Position numbers and translations under genes: made by a program. The notes under the pieces are model-generated. The model was not told the origin of the DNA, did not search any database, and saw only the letters and a list, made by a program, of their open reading frames with translations. Of a stretch of DNA of 64,000 nucleotides, positions 1 through 12,666 are shown piece by piece. Origin of the DNA: Vicugna vicugna (taxonomy: Eukaryota). Numbering within the stretch: the stretch's first letter is position 1; each line of letters begins with the position of its first letter. The stretch is taken from the NCBI GenBank assembly GCA_013265495.1, contig MU059256.1, positions 5,684,473 through 5,748,472 of the forward strand, read 5' to 3'.

Positions 1-1589
1 GCTGGAGAGGGGTCAGCAGGGGCCGATCGAAGTGTGACGGATGGTCTGGCCAGCGGTGCCTTGGACTAGGAGGGTGCCAGCCCGGGCTGGAGGGAGAAGT
101 TGGGAGTCTCTTTGTTTCCGGAGAGAGGAGAGGAGGTTGAGCAGCCAGGGTATTGTGTGCTCGGAGTGCACATGCTGCCTGCGCTCTCTCCTCTCTGAAC
201 AGCGGCAGTGGGAGAGCGTGGATAGGGTTGGGAGAGCAGGAAGGAATTGGATTGCTCTCCGGGGGTTCGTTTCTAGTCACTGGAGACCCTTGAGCTGAGG
301 TCTTGGCACTTAGAGCAGAAGGTCGGCAGTGAATGCTGGTGGGAGAGGGGGGCGTGGCAGGCTGCTGCTTTGTGAAGGTCACACACCCACCATGTGTGCA
401 ATGCACGTACAATGCAGACGGTGCAGGTTAGGGGGCTGGCCAGTGCATCCTCTTTGCAGCTCCCTCAGGGAGGGGTCCTGGGACAGGCATGTGCTACCAG
501 CCAGGCTCTTGCTGAGAAGAGGCTGATGCAGGCCTAGGCAGGGAGGTGTTTGGAAGCTGGGAGGCCCTGCCCTCTGAGACGAGAGGTACCTTAGGAATGA
601 CCCAGGCTGCCTTTCGCAGGGGCATAAGGACCAAGTGTTGCCTCCAGGCCAGCCTCTCTGGGCCCCTGTGGCAGGCAGCTGGATTCAGGACTTCTTCCCT
701 CCCACCAGGTGTTTTGTCTCTGCCCCTTCTCAGTCACTTTGCTTCCACATCTCCGTGGTAACCTGGAGCTCCTTGCTGAAAGCTGCGCAGAGGGGGGCGG
801 CAGCTTGCTAGAGGAGTGATGCGGAGGTTTCCCGGGCTCTTCCCAGAGACCGCTGTGCATGACCAGCTGCCCCACACCTTCACGGGCTGCGCTCATGAAG
901 ACCACTCTTGATGGAGAGAGCCCCTCTCTGGCTGTCCCAGCAGGACAGCTGTGGGAACTCTAGTCACTGGGCAGAAACTCAGATTCTGACAGGCTGGGGT
1001 CAGGAGGAGAGCTGGACTTGACTTATTCGAAGATCTGCCAGTTTCTTCTTCTGTGGGTCAATGCCCTTTCTGGTCTGGTCTAGGAGTTGGTCAAGACTCA
1101 ACTCTGCCTCCCTAAAAAGGAAACAGTCAGCCCTTCACTTCCTCTTTCTTCTCCAAAAGGAAGCTTAGTTTTAGTGAAACAGACTTGTGACCTGGAGTCC
1201 AGGATTTCTTTGGTCCCTGCAGTGAAGTCAGCTTCAAAGTGAGGGATCAGGAACGAGTGAGCCCTTGCTGACCACACTGTTAAGAATCTTCTCAGCCCCT
1301 CCAAGGGGTGCTGGTTCTGGAGTCCCCGGGAGACTGCGCGACTTGGGGCTCACGCTGCGGTTTTCTGTCTTAATGGTTATATACTGAGTGCCCAGTCTTC
1401 AGGGCTCTGTGCCAAACGTGGTGGGGGTGCATAGGAAGTCGTGTGTGACCCAGGCCCCTGGGGAGGGGGCTCACCTAGGCAACAGGAGTAGCCAGCTCAC
1501 CCACTTCATCCTGTGAAACTTTCCCAGGATCCTCCCAAAGGCCGCCAAGCTTTCGCAGGTGCTGCCCTCCCCTACAGAAGGGGGCAGCT

Positions 1590-1800
1590 CAAGTTAGGAG
1601 CATGGGTGGACCTACATTCAAAACCCAGCTGCCCCTTACAGCTTTGTGATTGTGAGCAAGTTATGTAACTTCTTTGTGCCTCAGAGAAGTTTCCTCATCT
1701 GTAAAATGGGGCTAGTGATCATTGCTTCCCTTTTCAATTAAAGGAAATAACGTATGTAAAACAGTGTCACTGGGCACGGAGTAAGTACTCAGCAAGCTAG
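1590..1800 (+). mobile_element. MIR SINE
   Basis: gcaagtta..tgtgcctca..tttcctcatctgtaaaatgggg core. Confidence 0.85.
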
Positions 1801-2657
1801 AGATATGCCAGCTTGCCTGTGTCGGGGTTTGACTTTTAGGTACTGGGAGTGTCGCTTGCCCTGGTCGGGGAGGGCTTTCTGGAGGAGAGGGAAAGATGGG
1901 CATTGCAACTTGGTGAATGGGGTCTGTTCCAGAAATAGGAACCACACGGTGAGGAGCGGGGAGAGTGGGTGAAGCAGAGGCAGGGAGCAGGCCGGCCTGC
2001 CGGAGCCATGGAACAGGGGAAGGGCAAGGTGGGCTCTTCACCCTGCTGTCTCAGGGGCAGCAGGCACGCAGGTGCCCTGGGGAGCACGAACTTCAGGGCC
2101 TCTGCGGTTCCCTCCTTATCTGACTGTGGCCCTGGGGCCCTCTCCCTGCACTTGCCTCTCCCCACCCTTCCTCCCACCTGGTGCTGAGGCATTAGGACTC
2201 ATTCCATGGCCACAGTCAAGTGGACTCTTGAGGTGACTATAGGCATATTAATAGCCCCTCTGAAACCCACCTGCCATTTGTGCAGACCTCTGAGCTTAGT
2301 CAGAAACCTCTTCCTCCCAGGACTCGGCAGAGGGACAGAGGGAGCTGACACCACAGTATCAGCTTTCCCTGGGTGGGGACTCGAGGGCCCACCCTGGCAG
2401 GTGTCTGCTGAACTTGCACTTCTTCTTGGTCTCTGGTTTTCCCCTTGCAGATGGGCTGAGCCACAGGTGGGTACCCTAAACAGCCTCAGAACCGGCCCCC
2501 TCCTGGGCTGGTAACTGGGCTGTGACCTCACTGTGCCAGGAGACCCCAGGCCTGGTTCTGTCCACTCTAGCTTCCATAGCCCATGAGGAGGATCTCTAGA
2601 AATTGCTAAATTAACAAAGGGCTACAACTAAGTCATACGATGTGTATTTGCATAAAG

Positions 2658-2837
2658 GAGTGATTTTTCAACCATTGGACACGTCAGAATCAGCAAAGGA
2701 GCATTTTTAAAAATGCTGATGCCCAGGTTCTTCCCAGCAGAGCTTGCGGTTTAGTTGATGGGAGAGGGGGAAACAGGAATCTGTATCTTTGAAGAGCTCC
2801 CCAGTGATGCTAACAGGCAGCCAAGCAAAGCCTGCTG
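2658..2837. mobile_element. MER5B-like hAT-Charlie DNA transposon
   Basis: aaaaatgctgatgcccagg...gagctccccagtgatgct..gcagcc resembles MER5B; degenerate terminal inverted repeats. Confidence 0.7.
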
Positions 2838-4054
2838 ATGAGGCTTGGAGCACACCACTGAGATTGCATCTACTCCATAGCCAGCAGACTGTTCCCAAAA
2901 GTGTCCAGTTAGCAGTGTACAGCGGTATTTATATCTAGGGCTTTGGGGAACTCTAAGGTTTGGGGGCTGGCAGGGGCATGAGTGTCAGCTCTGGGACCTG
3001 TCACAACCTGGTCCTGTAGGATACCCACTCTAGGATCCTCCTCCTCAGACCAGCATCGTGCCTCTTCCTGCTCCCGTGGGAGGAGGACAGAGGTCATGAC
3101 CCCATGGACAGAGGCGTCCAGGTGCAGAAATGAGGATGAACCACCCCTGCTGGGAGGGAAGGGCACAGCTGCTGGCAGGAGCTTTGTTGGAAAGTGTCAG
3201 TCCGTCAGCCAGCTGCCGCCTCCACCTGTCCCTGCTGAATCCTAGCAATCCTCATTTGGTGTCCTGGTCGCTGAGGGGTGTGGTTGAAGAGGACCCTGCC
3301 TGCTGAGCTTGCATTTTCCCAGCCTCTCCAGGGGCTGTCCTACCCAAAGCCCCACCTGAATTCCTTTAGGAAATCTTTGCCCCTCAGCTGCCACAAGCTG
3401 GAGAGCAGAGCCTTTCTGTGGAGATCAGCCATGCCTCCCTGGCCCTCAGCCTGTCCTGTTCTGACTCGGGGTTGAGGCCATGGAGAAGGGTCTTCCTCAT
3501 GAAGATGAGGCAACTGTGTGGGTCAGATGAAACCTGCCATTTCCAGCCGGTGATGCCAGGCCTGGGGCCAGGGAGATATAAGAATGATCAGGTGTGGGGG
3601 AGCCGCCCTGCTTGGAGAAACAGTGTGTCTCCTTCCTGCATTCTGGGGTCCCAGGTGTGCTCCCAAGTGCACTGGAGCCCTTTGGGATAAGGCTTTGTGA
3701 TTCAACATGGAGGGTACAGAGGAGCATCTTTGTCTGCTTTGAGCCTAGTCAGGTCAGGACAGGCGTGGGGGATGGACGGCCCTTGAAGAAATCCCATCTG
3801 GTGGGGGGTGAGATGAGGAGGTGCGTGGGAGGGGATCTGGGCCCCCAGGGCTGTGTGTCCATCTTTTGGTGTTGTCTGGCCTGCCCCGAGATGAAAATGG
3901 AGATGTGACCTGCTGTGGAACCCACTTTGACCTCCTGGGAGTGGGCGTCCATGCAGGGGAGGGAGACGGGTCGGGGGATAAGACTGGTCCCTAAGGTCTC
4001 AAGCTGCTCCCAGTATTTCATCTGTCCTGTCTCCTGACCCACCTCCTCCAACAG

Positions 4055-4107
4055 CTCTGCTCTACAAGCCCATTGACCGAGTCACCAGGAGCACCCTGGT
4101 CCTACAC
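4055..4107 (+). CDS. ABR: ABR exon 7 (DH domain): (A)LLYKPIDRVTRSTLVLH
   Basis: Acceptor ccaacag, donor gtgagt; 53 nt, phase 1 to 0; translation matches the ABR DH domain as I recall it. Confidence 0.96.
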
Positions 4108-4690
4108 GTGAGTGTCTCCCTACTGAATGGCCAGGGGCAGGTTAGGAGTTGGGTGGGAGACAAGCCCAGGGTGGGCAGGTGCTGGAGTCACTGAGAACAG
4201 CCCATTGGGGAGTTGGACAGAGGGTCCCTGGGCCCTGACTGCACCTGCCTGGCCTGTGGTAACCATGCTGATGGGGCCAGGGCCTAAAAATAGCTTGGCT
4301 TCTAAGCTTGACTTTTGGCCAAATGCTCCCTGGGAGGCAGACACTTCCTGCCTCCCCATTCCTTGCCTGATGGCCTCCAGTGTCCTTGGAGCAGCTGTGG
4401 GGTGAGTAGGGGTGTATCTCTCCCAGCTGCTTGGGGAGATGAGACTCCATGTGGCCTGCGCCACTGGGGGGAAGAATAATGACTGCAGCAGGAATAAAGG
4501 GGTACCACTGCCTTCACCCCTGCTGCTCTGACCCTAAGTTTTTAGTTCAGATTTTGCAGGCAGGACCAGGTTAGAGTGTGGGTCCTTAGTACCCACTCAG
4601 AATTGTTTTGGTGAGGATTGAGCACTCCCCACTGTCTTCTTACTAAGCCCCAGAATTGCTCCCCCCAACTCATCTCCCCATCCTTCCCAG

Positions 4691-4831
4691 GACCTGCTGA
4701 AGCACACACCTGTGGACCACCCAGACTACCCGCTGCTACAGGATGCTCTCCGCATCTCTCAGAACTTCCTTTCCAGCATCAATGAGGACATTGACCCCCG
4801 CCGGACTGCGGTCACAACCCCCAAGGGGGAG
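4691..4831 (+). CDS. ABR: ABR exon 8 (DH end): [47 protein letters not shown]
   Basis: ttcccag / gtgagc; 141 nt = 47 codons. Confidence 0.97.
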
Positions 4832-6164
4832 GTGAGCTCAGGACCCAGCATAGCGTCACACCCGGGCTGACGAGGGTATGGGGGACCAGATCACTCATCC
4901 CTGCTCTCCTGCATGCACAGGCACCACTGCCCTATGCCCTACGGTTCTCCAACCCTGATCCCTCATTCCCAGCCAAGGAGAGGCCTTCAGGTCCTGGGCT
5001 GATAACTTTAAGTCCAGTGACCATTGATCTTCATTATAGTCCACTGAGGTAGGAGAGGAAACTGAGGCCTGGAGAGTCTCTCCAGGTCTCTTGGCCATAA
5101 GTGTCAGAACTGGATTCTTTAGCTGGGGTTATCTGTCTGCAAGCCTCATGCGCTGACCCCCACACCAGGGCTCTGGCTATCTTGAATGCCAACACCCTGC
5201 TCTGAGCAGTATGATGTCCTCAGGGTCCCCTGGAAGATAATGGCTCAGGTTGAGGGAGCTTGGGGAGCCTGAGGAAGAGGTGGCTGGACTGTCCCAAGTG
5301 AGCACCTAGATGTGATGCAGCAGCTACAGTTCCCTGGGGGCCCTTTTTGGTGGAAGGGTGGGGGTACCTCAGTGAGGGGAAGCAATATGAAGAACCAGAG
5401 GCATAGTTACTGGCTCGGGTCAGCAGCCTGGCCCCCACGCAGGGCTTCCTGTTCAGGAGAGGTAATTAAGTAGCGTTTAGGAGTGAAGGCTGGCTGAGTT
5501 CATGCTCCTTTGTTACATTTATGAGCCTCCAGCGTCTCCTAGGGGAAGGGAGTAATGAGGGACAGGTTCTAGAGAGTGATTAATGGGGCATACAGAGCTG
5601 TCCCTGTGTGCAGCTCCCAGCCCTGGTTTGCAAACCCTAGAGTGTCACTAGTTTGTTTGACTCTGGGAACATCTGAAAGATCTTCAGAGGCCCTAGAGTG
5701 CAGTCAGTTTCGGATCATGTTAAGTGTATACGTTCTGCATACTCACCTACATGTTGCAGCATATGTAGGTCACATGGCACAGAATACAGGGAAGCCTGGG
5801 ACGGACTGAGACAGCCCTAGAGAAGCCCGCGGGCCCTGAGGGTGGCAGGGAGGAGGCTCTGGAAGTCCTGTGTGGAGCAGAATGCTCTTCACCAGCCAGA
5901 GCCCAGGTGAGAGACAGCTGCAGATTCCCCAGGACACTGGGACGGCCCACAGAGGGAAGCCCAGGGCCTCCCATCTGCCTGGAGGTGGTTGAGGGATCCC
6001 CTTAGAGGCAGTGTAAACAGGCCTGAGTGGGTCTGCAGGTCGAGTTTGTACTGAAACCAGATCAACTTCTTAGGCAGGGTTGGGGGGGTTTCTGGATGGC
6101 AGTGGGCGGGGGTATTCATACCCAGGGTGGGTCCATCCCCGTGTGAGCTGTTGAGAGCTGCAGG

Positions 6165-6402
6165 GAAGTGCTACCACTTGTTGATCACATATTACATACC
6201 AGGCACTGTGCTGTTTTACATACACCATCTTGAGGACTCCTACTTTATGGGGCAAATATCATTATCCATTTTACAGATGCTAAGAGTGAGACTCAGAGAA
6301 GTCAGGGAACTTGCCCCCCAGAGCACAGCCAGGAAGTGGCAGAGTCTGGATTCCAGCCCCAGTGCATGACCCCAAAGCCAGTGCGCTTAACCACCATGCA
6401 CT
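6165..6402 (-). mobile_element. MIR SINE
   Basis: ccaggcactgtgct...cattttacagatg..gagactcagagaag. Confidence 0.85.
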
Positions 6403-6505
6403 GGGGCCCCTTCCTGGAGCCCCCACCTCTGCCCCAGCTGGACCGGTGCAGGCCGGGCCATGGGCTGTTGCACCTTGAGCAGGCAGGGTGGATGTGCCAT
6501 CTCCC

Positions 6506-6637
6506 NNNNNNNNNNNNNNNNNNNNNNNNNNNNNNNNNNNNNNNNNNNNNNNNNNNNNNNNNNNNNNNNNNNNNNNNNNNNNNNNNNNNNNNNNNNNNNN
6601 NNNNNNNNNNNNNNNNNNNNNNNNNNNNNNNNNNNNN
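6506..6637. other. 132-nt N gap in the interval where ABR exon 9 (TRQLVKDGF...KKTSAG, about 122 nt) is expected
   Basis: N run. Exon 8 ends in phase 0 and exon 10 starts in phase 2, so an exon is required between them, and I found none elsewhere in 4832-8175. Confidence 0.85.
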
Positions 6638-6739
6638 GTGTGCAAGTCCAGGGTACATGATGGGGAGGGGGGACTAAACCCTGCCCCCTGTGGAGCCTCT
6701 CAGCAACCTGGGGCCATCTACATTTTTTCCCTTTTTAAA

Positions 6740-7130
6740 AAACATATTAATTAAATTTTATTTTACTTCATAGCCTCTTTCTAAAAATAAATCATGGTTT
6801 TAATTATGAAGATAATACAACCAAATTACAAAAAAAAAAAACCATCACTCACCCGAACATAAGCATCAGTCTCCTGCTGCTATATTTCCTTCCAGTTTTT
6901 TTTAAATGTTCTTATGTTTTTTCATATACTTGTAATCAGAGTGAATACCCAATTTGGGGCTCTGCTTTTTCCATTTCATGTCATAAGCATTTTCCCTGTT
7001 GCTGTCTAATCTTCATAATCATCATTTTACTTTCCTTCATGATGTTACAAGTGGATACGCCATAATTTACTTAAGCATTCTCCTTTTATTAGACATCTCT
7101 CAATTTTTGCTAACTGCAACTGAGTGAATA
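6740..7130 (-). mobile_element. Old L1 (L1ME-like) fragment
   Basis: AT-rich; ccataatttactta..cattctcc-type 3' region. Confidence 0.55.
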
Positions 7131-7134
7131 TTCA

Positions 7135-7365
7135 TTAAATCTGCTGCTACCATTTATTGAGTGCTTATGCCATGCCAGGTGCCATGACAAATGCTTGGAA
7201 TATATTATTTCTAATCTCCCCAGTGACTCCACAAAGTAGATATTATCCCCATCTCACAGATGAGAGAAAAGGCTTAGAAAAATTAAATAAATTGCCCAAG
7301 GTCGCCAAACTGGAAGTGTAGGAGATGAGATTTGAACCTTCATCTGACTCAAAAGCTTCTACTCC
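7135..7365 (-). mobile_element. MIR SINE
   Basis: catttattgagtgctta..tgccagg...cccatctcacagatgag..gcccaaggtc. Confidence 0.85.
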
Positions 7366-8175
7366 ATCTCCAAACCCAGTGATAGGGGTCTCTTTGTGTC
7401 ATAAGCAAGAAAGGTTATTCAGTATTAATTCCTGCATTCTTCCACCTATATTTCCTTATCACCTACTGTTTGCCAGGGGAGGCAAGCTGTATGCTCAGTG
7501 CTGCAGGAAGGTGCACACCAAAGTCCTGGGGGAGTGACAGAAGGAGGGATTGTTATGAGTTTCCATAGAGAGGATGACTCCCTGGAACTTCATGAGATTT
7601 GAGAGGATTCTAAAGCAGAGGTGGCAGTCATAAGGATATATTACTACTGCCTTAAGTCCTTTGCCCATGGCAGACATTATTAATCGACCATGGCACTATT
7701 TCCCATTAAACTTGGATATGGCTTTATAATCCTCAACTCAGGACCCCATGACCTTTATTGATAAGAGTTGGCATTCAAAATAACATCTGTATTCTAGCTC
7801 TAGCCCAAAGGATAATGAATATGAACTAAGTGTAGATAGGCTAGAAGGGAGGGGAGAGTGTGGGGTGGGGAATAGGGAAGCATGAGACCCCTCTTGCTCA
7901 TACCCTAGAGGTTTGGGCTGTTTAAGAACATCAGTCGTCCTGGGCCAGAAGACCGGCAGGCCCAAGGTACAGAGCCCTTACTGCTGCCTGACCCTAGAAC
8001 CTGACTATCATTGTTCCACATGCATTTCCTGATTTGGACTTCTCAAGCTTGGAGATCATTCTTGCCTGTGACAAGTTCTCAGTAAATCCCCCTCAGGTGG
8101 TTTTTGGCTCCAGCAATTCAGGCCTGAAGATCCAAGTTCCCCTCTGGCTCACCTCTCTCTCCGACTTGTTTGCAG

Positions 8176-8341
8176 GAAGCACCAGCAATATGACTGCAAG
8201 TGGTACATCCCCTTGGCTGACCTAGTGTTTCCATCTCCTGAGGAGTCTGAGGCCAGCCCCCAGGTGCACCCCTTCCCAGACCACGAGCTGGAGGACATGA
8301 AAATGAAGATCTCTGCCCTTAAGAGTGAAATTCAGAAGGAG
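8176..8341 (+). CDS. ABR: ABR exon 10 (PH domain): (G)[55 protein letters not shown]
   Basis: tttgcag / gtgagc; 166 nt. Confidence 0.97.
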
Positions 8342-8639
8342 GTGAGCAGAGCCTGGCATTAGCTGGGACAGGGAAATTGGCTGTTTTTCTGGGGAGCCCT
8401 TTGAACTGGGTGTGCCAGGGAGGTGGAGGGAGGGGAAGTTGTAATGTTTGGGAGTCTGACAAGGAAGGCAGGATTCAAGAATGGGAGGCCTCTCTTTATA
8501 ACCCTCAAGATACATCTGTGCACCCAGGGAAAGACTCTGTCCATGGAGATTAGTACTGAACAGATGAGGGGCAAGCCAAGGAGTCAGTCAGTGCTCAGAA
8601 TTTAGTGGGGTTAATTATGGGAAGTTTTCTGGAGAACAG

Positions 8640-9220
8640 TGTATATCAAACCCTGTAGAAAAGAAAAAAGCAAGAGAAGAAGAAGTCCCTCTTAAGGAGA
8701 AACAGGATGTATGCAAGAGGAAGGACCTGGAAGTCCTCTCAGAAATGTGCAGATCAACTAGGCAAATAAATACACAGAGGCTTTGAATGTCAGTTGATCT
8801 AAAAACACACAGAAGCTTGTGTCCTGACAAAGAAATGAGACTCTTGTCTAATACACATGGATGGGCGAGAAGGAGAGACCAGGCCAACAAACCAGTTGGC
8901 CAACAAACCAAATATACATAGAACAGTCACATTTATCATATATTAGGCTGCATTGGAAATCTCAAATTAAAAAAAAAAATCAGTAGCATACTGTCATGTT
9001 CACAGACCACAGTACAGTAAAATTAGGATCAGTAACTCAGCGGTAGTTCATTATATGCCTGGGAAGTTAAAACGTTCAAGGTAGAGAGGAAATCAAAATG
9101 GAAACTGCAAACTGTGTAGAACTTCATGAAAAGGAGAGCACTGCATAGCAAAACCTAAGAGATGCAGCCAAAGTGCTCTTCAGAGGAAAATGTATAGCCT
9201 TAAATTCATATATTTGAAAA
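8640..9220 (+). mobile_element. L1 ORF2 fragment (end of the endonuclease region)
   Basis: 9146-9214 translates to *QNLRDAAKVLFRGKCIALNSYI, similar to L1 ORF2 [23 protein letters not shown]. Confidence 0.85.
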
Positions 9221-9439
9221 CAGTGGCTAGAGGAAAGCACCCCAGGAGGAGCTGTCTCCATGAGTGGGAGGAAGGGCATGGAGGGGCTTGGTTTGTTGGC
9301 CTGGTCTCTCCTTCTCACCCATCCAGGCTCGGTTTAGGCTTCACCTCCCCTGGTGAGCCTTCCCTGATGTCTGCCCATTATAGTCTGGGTTGGGCGCCTG
9401 GCTTCCTGGTTCCTGATATTTACCTCTGTGCTTCAGTTT

Positions 9440-9595
9440 ATTGGTACTGAATTATAATTGCACAAGCAGCCTTTTCTTTTCCTCACTAGAATTTCAACTC
9501 TAATAAGGGGGCTGTTTTCTTCACTTCTATGCCTCAGTACTTAGCACATAGTACACAGGTGCTTTGTGAACGATTGTTGAGGAATATATGAACAG
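9440..9595 (+). mobile_element. L2 3' end
   Basis: cactagaat..aactc...gcacatagta..gtgct....ttgttga tail. Confidence 0.7.
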
Positions 9596-10129
9596 ATGGC
9601 CTCTAAGGATACTTTCAACTCAGACATCTCTCATTGAACAGAGGAAGACCACAGTAATCACCCCAGGGATGTTTGCAGCAGGGGAATGTCCTAGGACTGA
9701 GGGTCTGACTGGGGCGGGGGTTGGGGGGGGCACCCTGCCCAGCACAGGTGTCCTCCTCCTGAACGGCCAGGCCCCACCCTGCCTCATTTGAGCCTGTTTC
9801 CCCATCTAGCTCTGCCCACCACCCCCACCTCAGGGGCATCCTGCATTCATGTTTCTCACCCAGTCCTGGGAGCGGTGGGCTTCGGGCCCTTCCTCCTGCC
9901 CCAGGTGTGCAGACGTGGCCTTCTGCTTAGTTGAAGCCATGCTTACTGACCTCCGCTGGCCGCTGGCTCCAGGGATGTGCCAGACGCCTTATAGACCTCC
10001 TTGTCCAAGGGAGAAGGCAGACAGTCCCGTGTGTGACCACAGCACATGACACAATATGACAGGAGTCACTGGAGAAGGCACAGTGTTGTTCTCTGAGTCA
10101 CTGAAGAAGCAGCAATTTATTCTTTGAAT

Positions 10130-10700
10130 GATATTATTTAACATAATTTGTTTCTAATCATCAGTGTAACACTGGCTTTTTATAACAAGAAATGCTCACA
10201 ATACCAAAATGTATAGAGTAAAACTGATCATCAGACTCCCCGTTGTTACCAGTTTGAGGTGTATTCTTCTAGACTCTTCCATGCTTATGCTAGTGTGTGT
10301 GTATGTATTTTTTCATGTGTATGTGTGTATTTTTTTAATGAGGCTAGACTACACATGTTGTTTTGCAGTTTAATCTAGCAGATCCTTTTGAGCAGCAACA
10401 TCCTGTTCTGTTGCTTGACTGCACAACAGTGTATTTGAGTGTTTAGATTGTTTCTTCAATCTGCACTCATATTTCTCTCCAGTAGATTCCCTACAAGTGG
10501 GATGTCTGGGGCCGAGGGTTTGTGCATTTCATTGCCAGATGCACCTCTGAAAGGTTTACATCCGATCACGTTCCCCCTGGTAGTGTGTCACAGTCACTGC
10601 TCCCCCACACTGTCACAGCACCGGCTGTGAGCAATTGTTACAATTTTGCCAGTCTTGTGGGTAAAAAAAATGCTGCAGGGACGAATTCTAACTGTGGAGC
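10130..10700 (-). mobile_element. Old L1 (L1ME-like) fragment
   Basis: gtagattcc..aagtgggat..ctggg..gagggt and aattttgccagtct signatures. Confidence 0.6.
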
Positions 10701-10950
10701 TTGAGGATGGCTTTGGAACTGAGACATGAAGCATAATTGTGGTTAATGAAAGGGAAGGGATCCTTTATAAAATATAAACTTGAAAAACTGGAGGAGAAAG
10801 GGACACCGGCCAAGAGGGAATGGCTTGTCAGAGAACAGGGAATAATAATGCCATGAGGCTGAGATGGAGGGTGCGGAGCTGCCTGGCGGGATACCCGGCT
10901 GGGCATGGCCCTGTGTCCCAGGCCAGGAGTGGGGGCTTTGTGCTGAAATG

Positions 10951-11458
10951 TGTCTGCAGTTTTTCAGCCAGATGTCTCTTAATTTAATTTATGGAGATGA
11001 CTGAATGCCAACCCGGAGAGGCTGATGCCACTGGGAGATTTTTTATTACTTACAGTTTCCAAGAGAAGGGGGCACGCCACGCCAAGCAGAGCCTCTAGGG
11101 AAAGTGCCGGGTTTGGTTAAGAGGCAGAAGGAGCGTGGAGGATGCATGACCCAGAGCCTGGATTGTGTTTTCCATGGGAAAGAAAGGCAGGGCAAGGAAG
11201 GCTAGTTTGAATAAGTCAGCAGGACTAGAGTGATGATGTCTAGTTGCCCCGGGTTATTTAGGGCAGAGGAAATATGGGCTTGGTGTAGTTAACGGTGATG
11301 GTAGTGTTGGTTTGCACATGAAAGGTGCACGCACAGGGGAGTCATTTACTAGCTTAGGAATTAGCATGTCCTGGGAGGGGCCGCTTTCTCCACGGCCAGC
11401 TAGGCCCCCCAGGGTATTAAATTATCATGAAATATAGGGAAAAAATGATGACTATACA
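10951..11458 (-). mobile_element. Possible solo LTR (about 500 bp, TG...CA)
   Basis: TGT...ACA termini, weak subterminal inverted similarity, ttttattacttac motif; no clear target-site duplication. Confidence 0.4.
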
Positions 11459-11541
11459 GAGGACTATTGTACGTAGAGCTCCTGGGTGAGAGGTGGAGTC
11501 TGAGTGTGAGGAGAACCATCTGTGCCCTCTGTCCCCTGCAG

Positions 11542-11664
11542 AAAGCCAACAAAGGTCAGAGCCGGGCAATCGAGCGCCTGAAAAAGAAGATGTTTGAGAA
11601 TGAGTTCTTGCTGCTGCTCAATTCCCCCACAATCCCATTTCGGATCCACAATCGGAATGGAAAG
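11542..11664 (+). CDS. ABR: ABR exon 11: [41 protein letters not shown]
   Basis: cctgcag / gtcagg; 123 nt; lies inside ORF 11467..11745. Confidence 0.97.
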
Positions 11665-12032
11665 GTCAGGAAGGATGGGGATGGGACAGAGACAGCCCCC
11701 TGTCTCAGTCCAGGGCTGCCCACTCTCTATGGCTCCTGGCCCTGACCTGGGGGAATCAGGGACTCAAGCCCCCAGTTCCTGAGGAGGCTGCCATGGTTCC
11801 CGCCCTGGGCTCTTTCTCCCTGCTTGCTGCTGTGGAGCCAGTGCCCTCTGCTGGCCATCACTGGCACGGCCACTCCCGTCACTAAGCTTCCTAGGAAGGC
11901 CTTTATCCCGGCCACCTTCTTCTCCAATCCTAGGGGTACCTGGGCTAGGAGCTTTGTTGGGGGCCCCAAAATCCAAAAATGTGCTTGGTCTGACTATGTT
12001 CATCTCACTGAGCTCCCCTCTCCTCTCTTCAG

Positions 12033-12108
12033 AGCTACCTGTTCCTATTGTCCTCAGACTATGAGAGGTCAGAGTGGAGAGAAGCAATTCAGAAACTCCA
12101 GAAGAAAG
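12033..12108 (+). CDS. ABR: ABR exon 12: [25 protein letters not shown](D)
   Basis: tcttcag / gtaaag; 76 nt. Confidence 0.96.
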
Positions 12109-12526
12109 GTAAAGTCCTGCCCTGACTCTACACTGCCCTGATGCTATCCAGGGCAGCAATGGGCCTTTTGCATTTTCATGCCCAGTGTCTCGTCTTTAGC
12201 CCTCCCAGTAGTGCCAGGGCAGATGGCACTTAATGGATGTTACTGAGCAACTGAGGCCCAAAGAATTTAAGTGAGTCGCTGAAGGTGTACAATGAATTAG
12301 CAATAGGACTGGACCCAGAGCCTGTCTCTTTCTCTCGCCATCTCACACACACATTCATGAACCCCTCTAGTTAGACTCTCTCGTTCTTACCCCTCCCGCA
12401 GCACCAGGACCATCCCCAGGTGAGCATCTACTTTCCCTCCCTTCCAATCACCAACTCAGCCCCCAGAGCTAAGCTTTTTTTCCTGCAGTAGGTCCCAGTG
12501 GACCTGTGGCGACGTTCCCCTCTCTC

Positions 12527-12666
12527 NNNNNNNNNNNNNNNNNNNNNNNNNNNNNNNNNNNNNNNNNNNNNNNNNNNNNNNNNNNNNNNNNNNNNNNNNN
12601 NNNNNNNNNNNNNNNNNNNNNNNNNNNNNNNNNNNNNNNNNNNNNNNNNNNNNNNNNNNNNNNNNN
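12527..12666. other. 140-nt N gap in the interval where ABR exon 13 (DLQAFVLSS...TSNKD, about 105 nt) is expected
   Basis: N run directly preceded by a pyrimidine tract (ttcccctctctc); this peptide is not encoded elsewhere in 12109-13642. Confidence 0.85.

Noticed and set aside
1-1350. CpG-retaining stretch with a minus-strand open frame (about 1-460) and protein-like fragments (e.g. EAELSLDQLLDQTRKGIDPQKKKLADLRIS near 1000-1120 on -), considered as a processed pseudogene
   Set aside because: No recognisable homolog, no ATG, frequent stops, and no polyA or target-site duplication; a BLASTX search would settle it
1-4054. ABR exon 6 ([20 protein letters not shown])
   Set aside because: Not found; presumably upstream of the window
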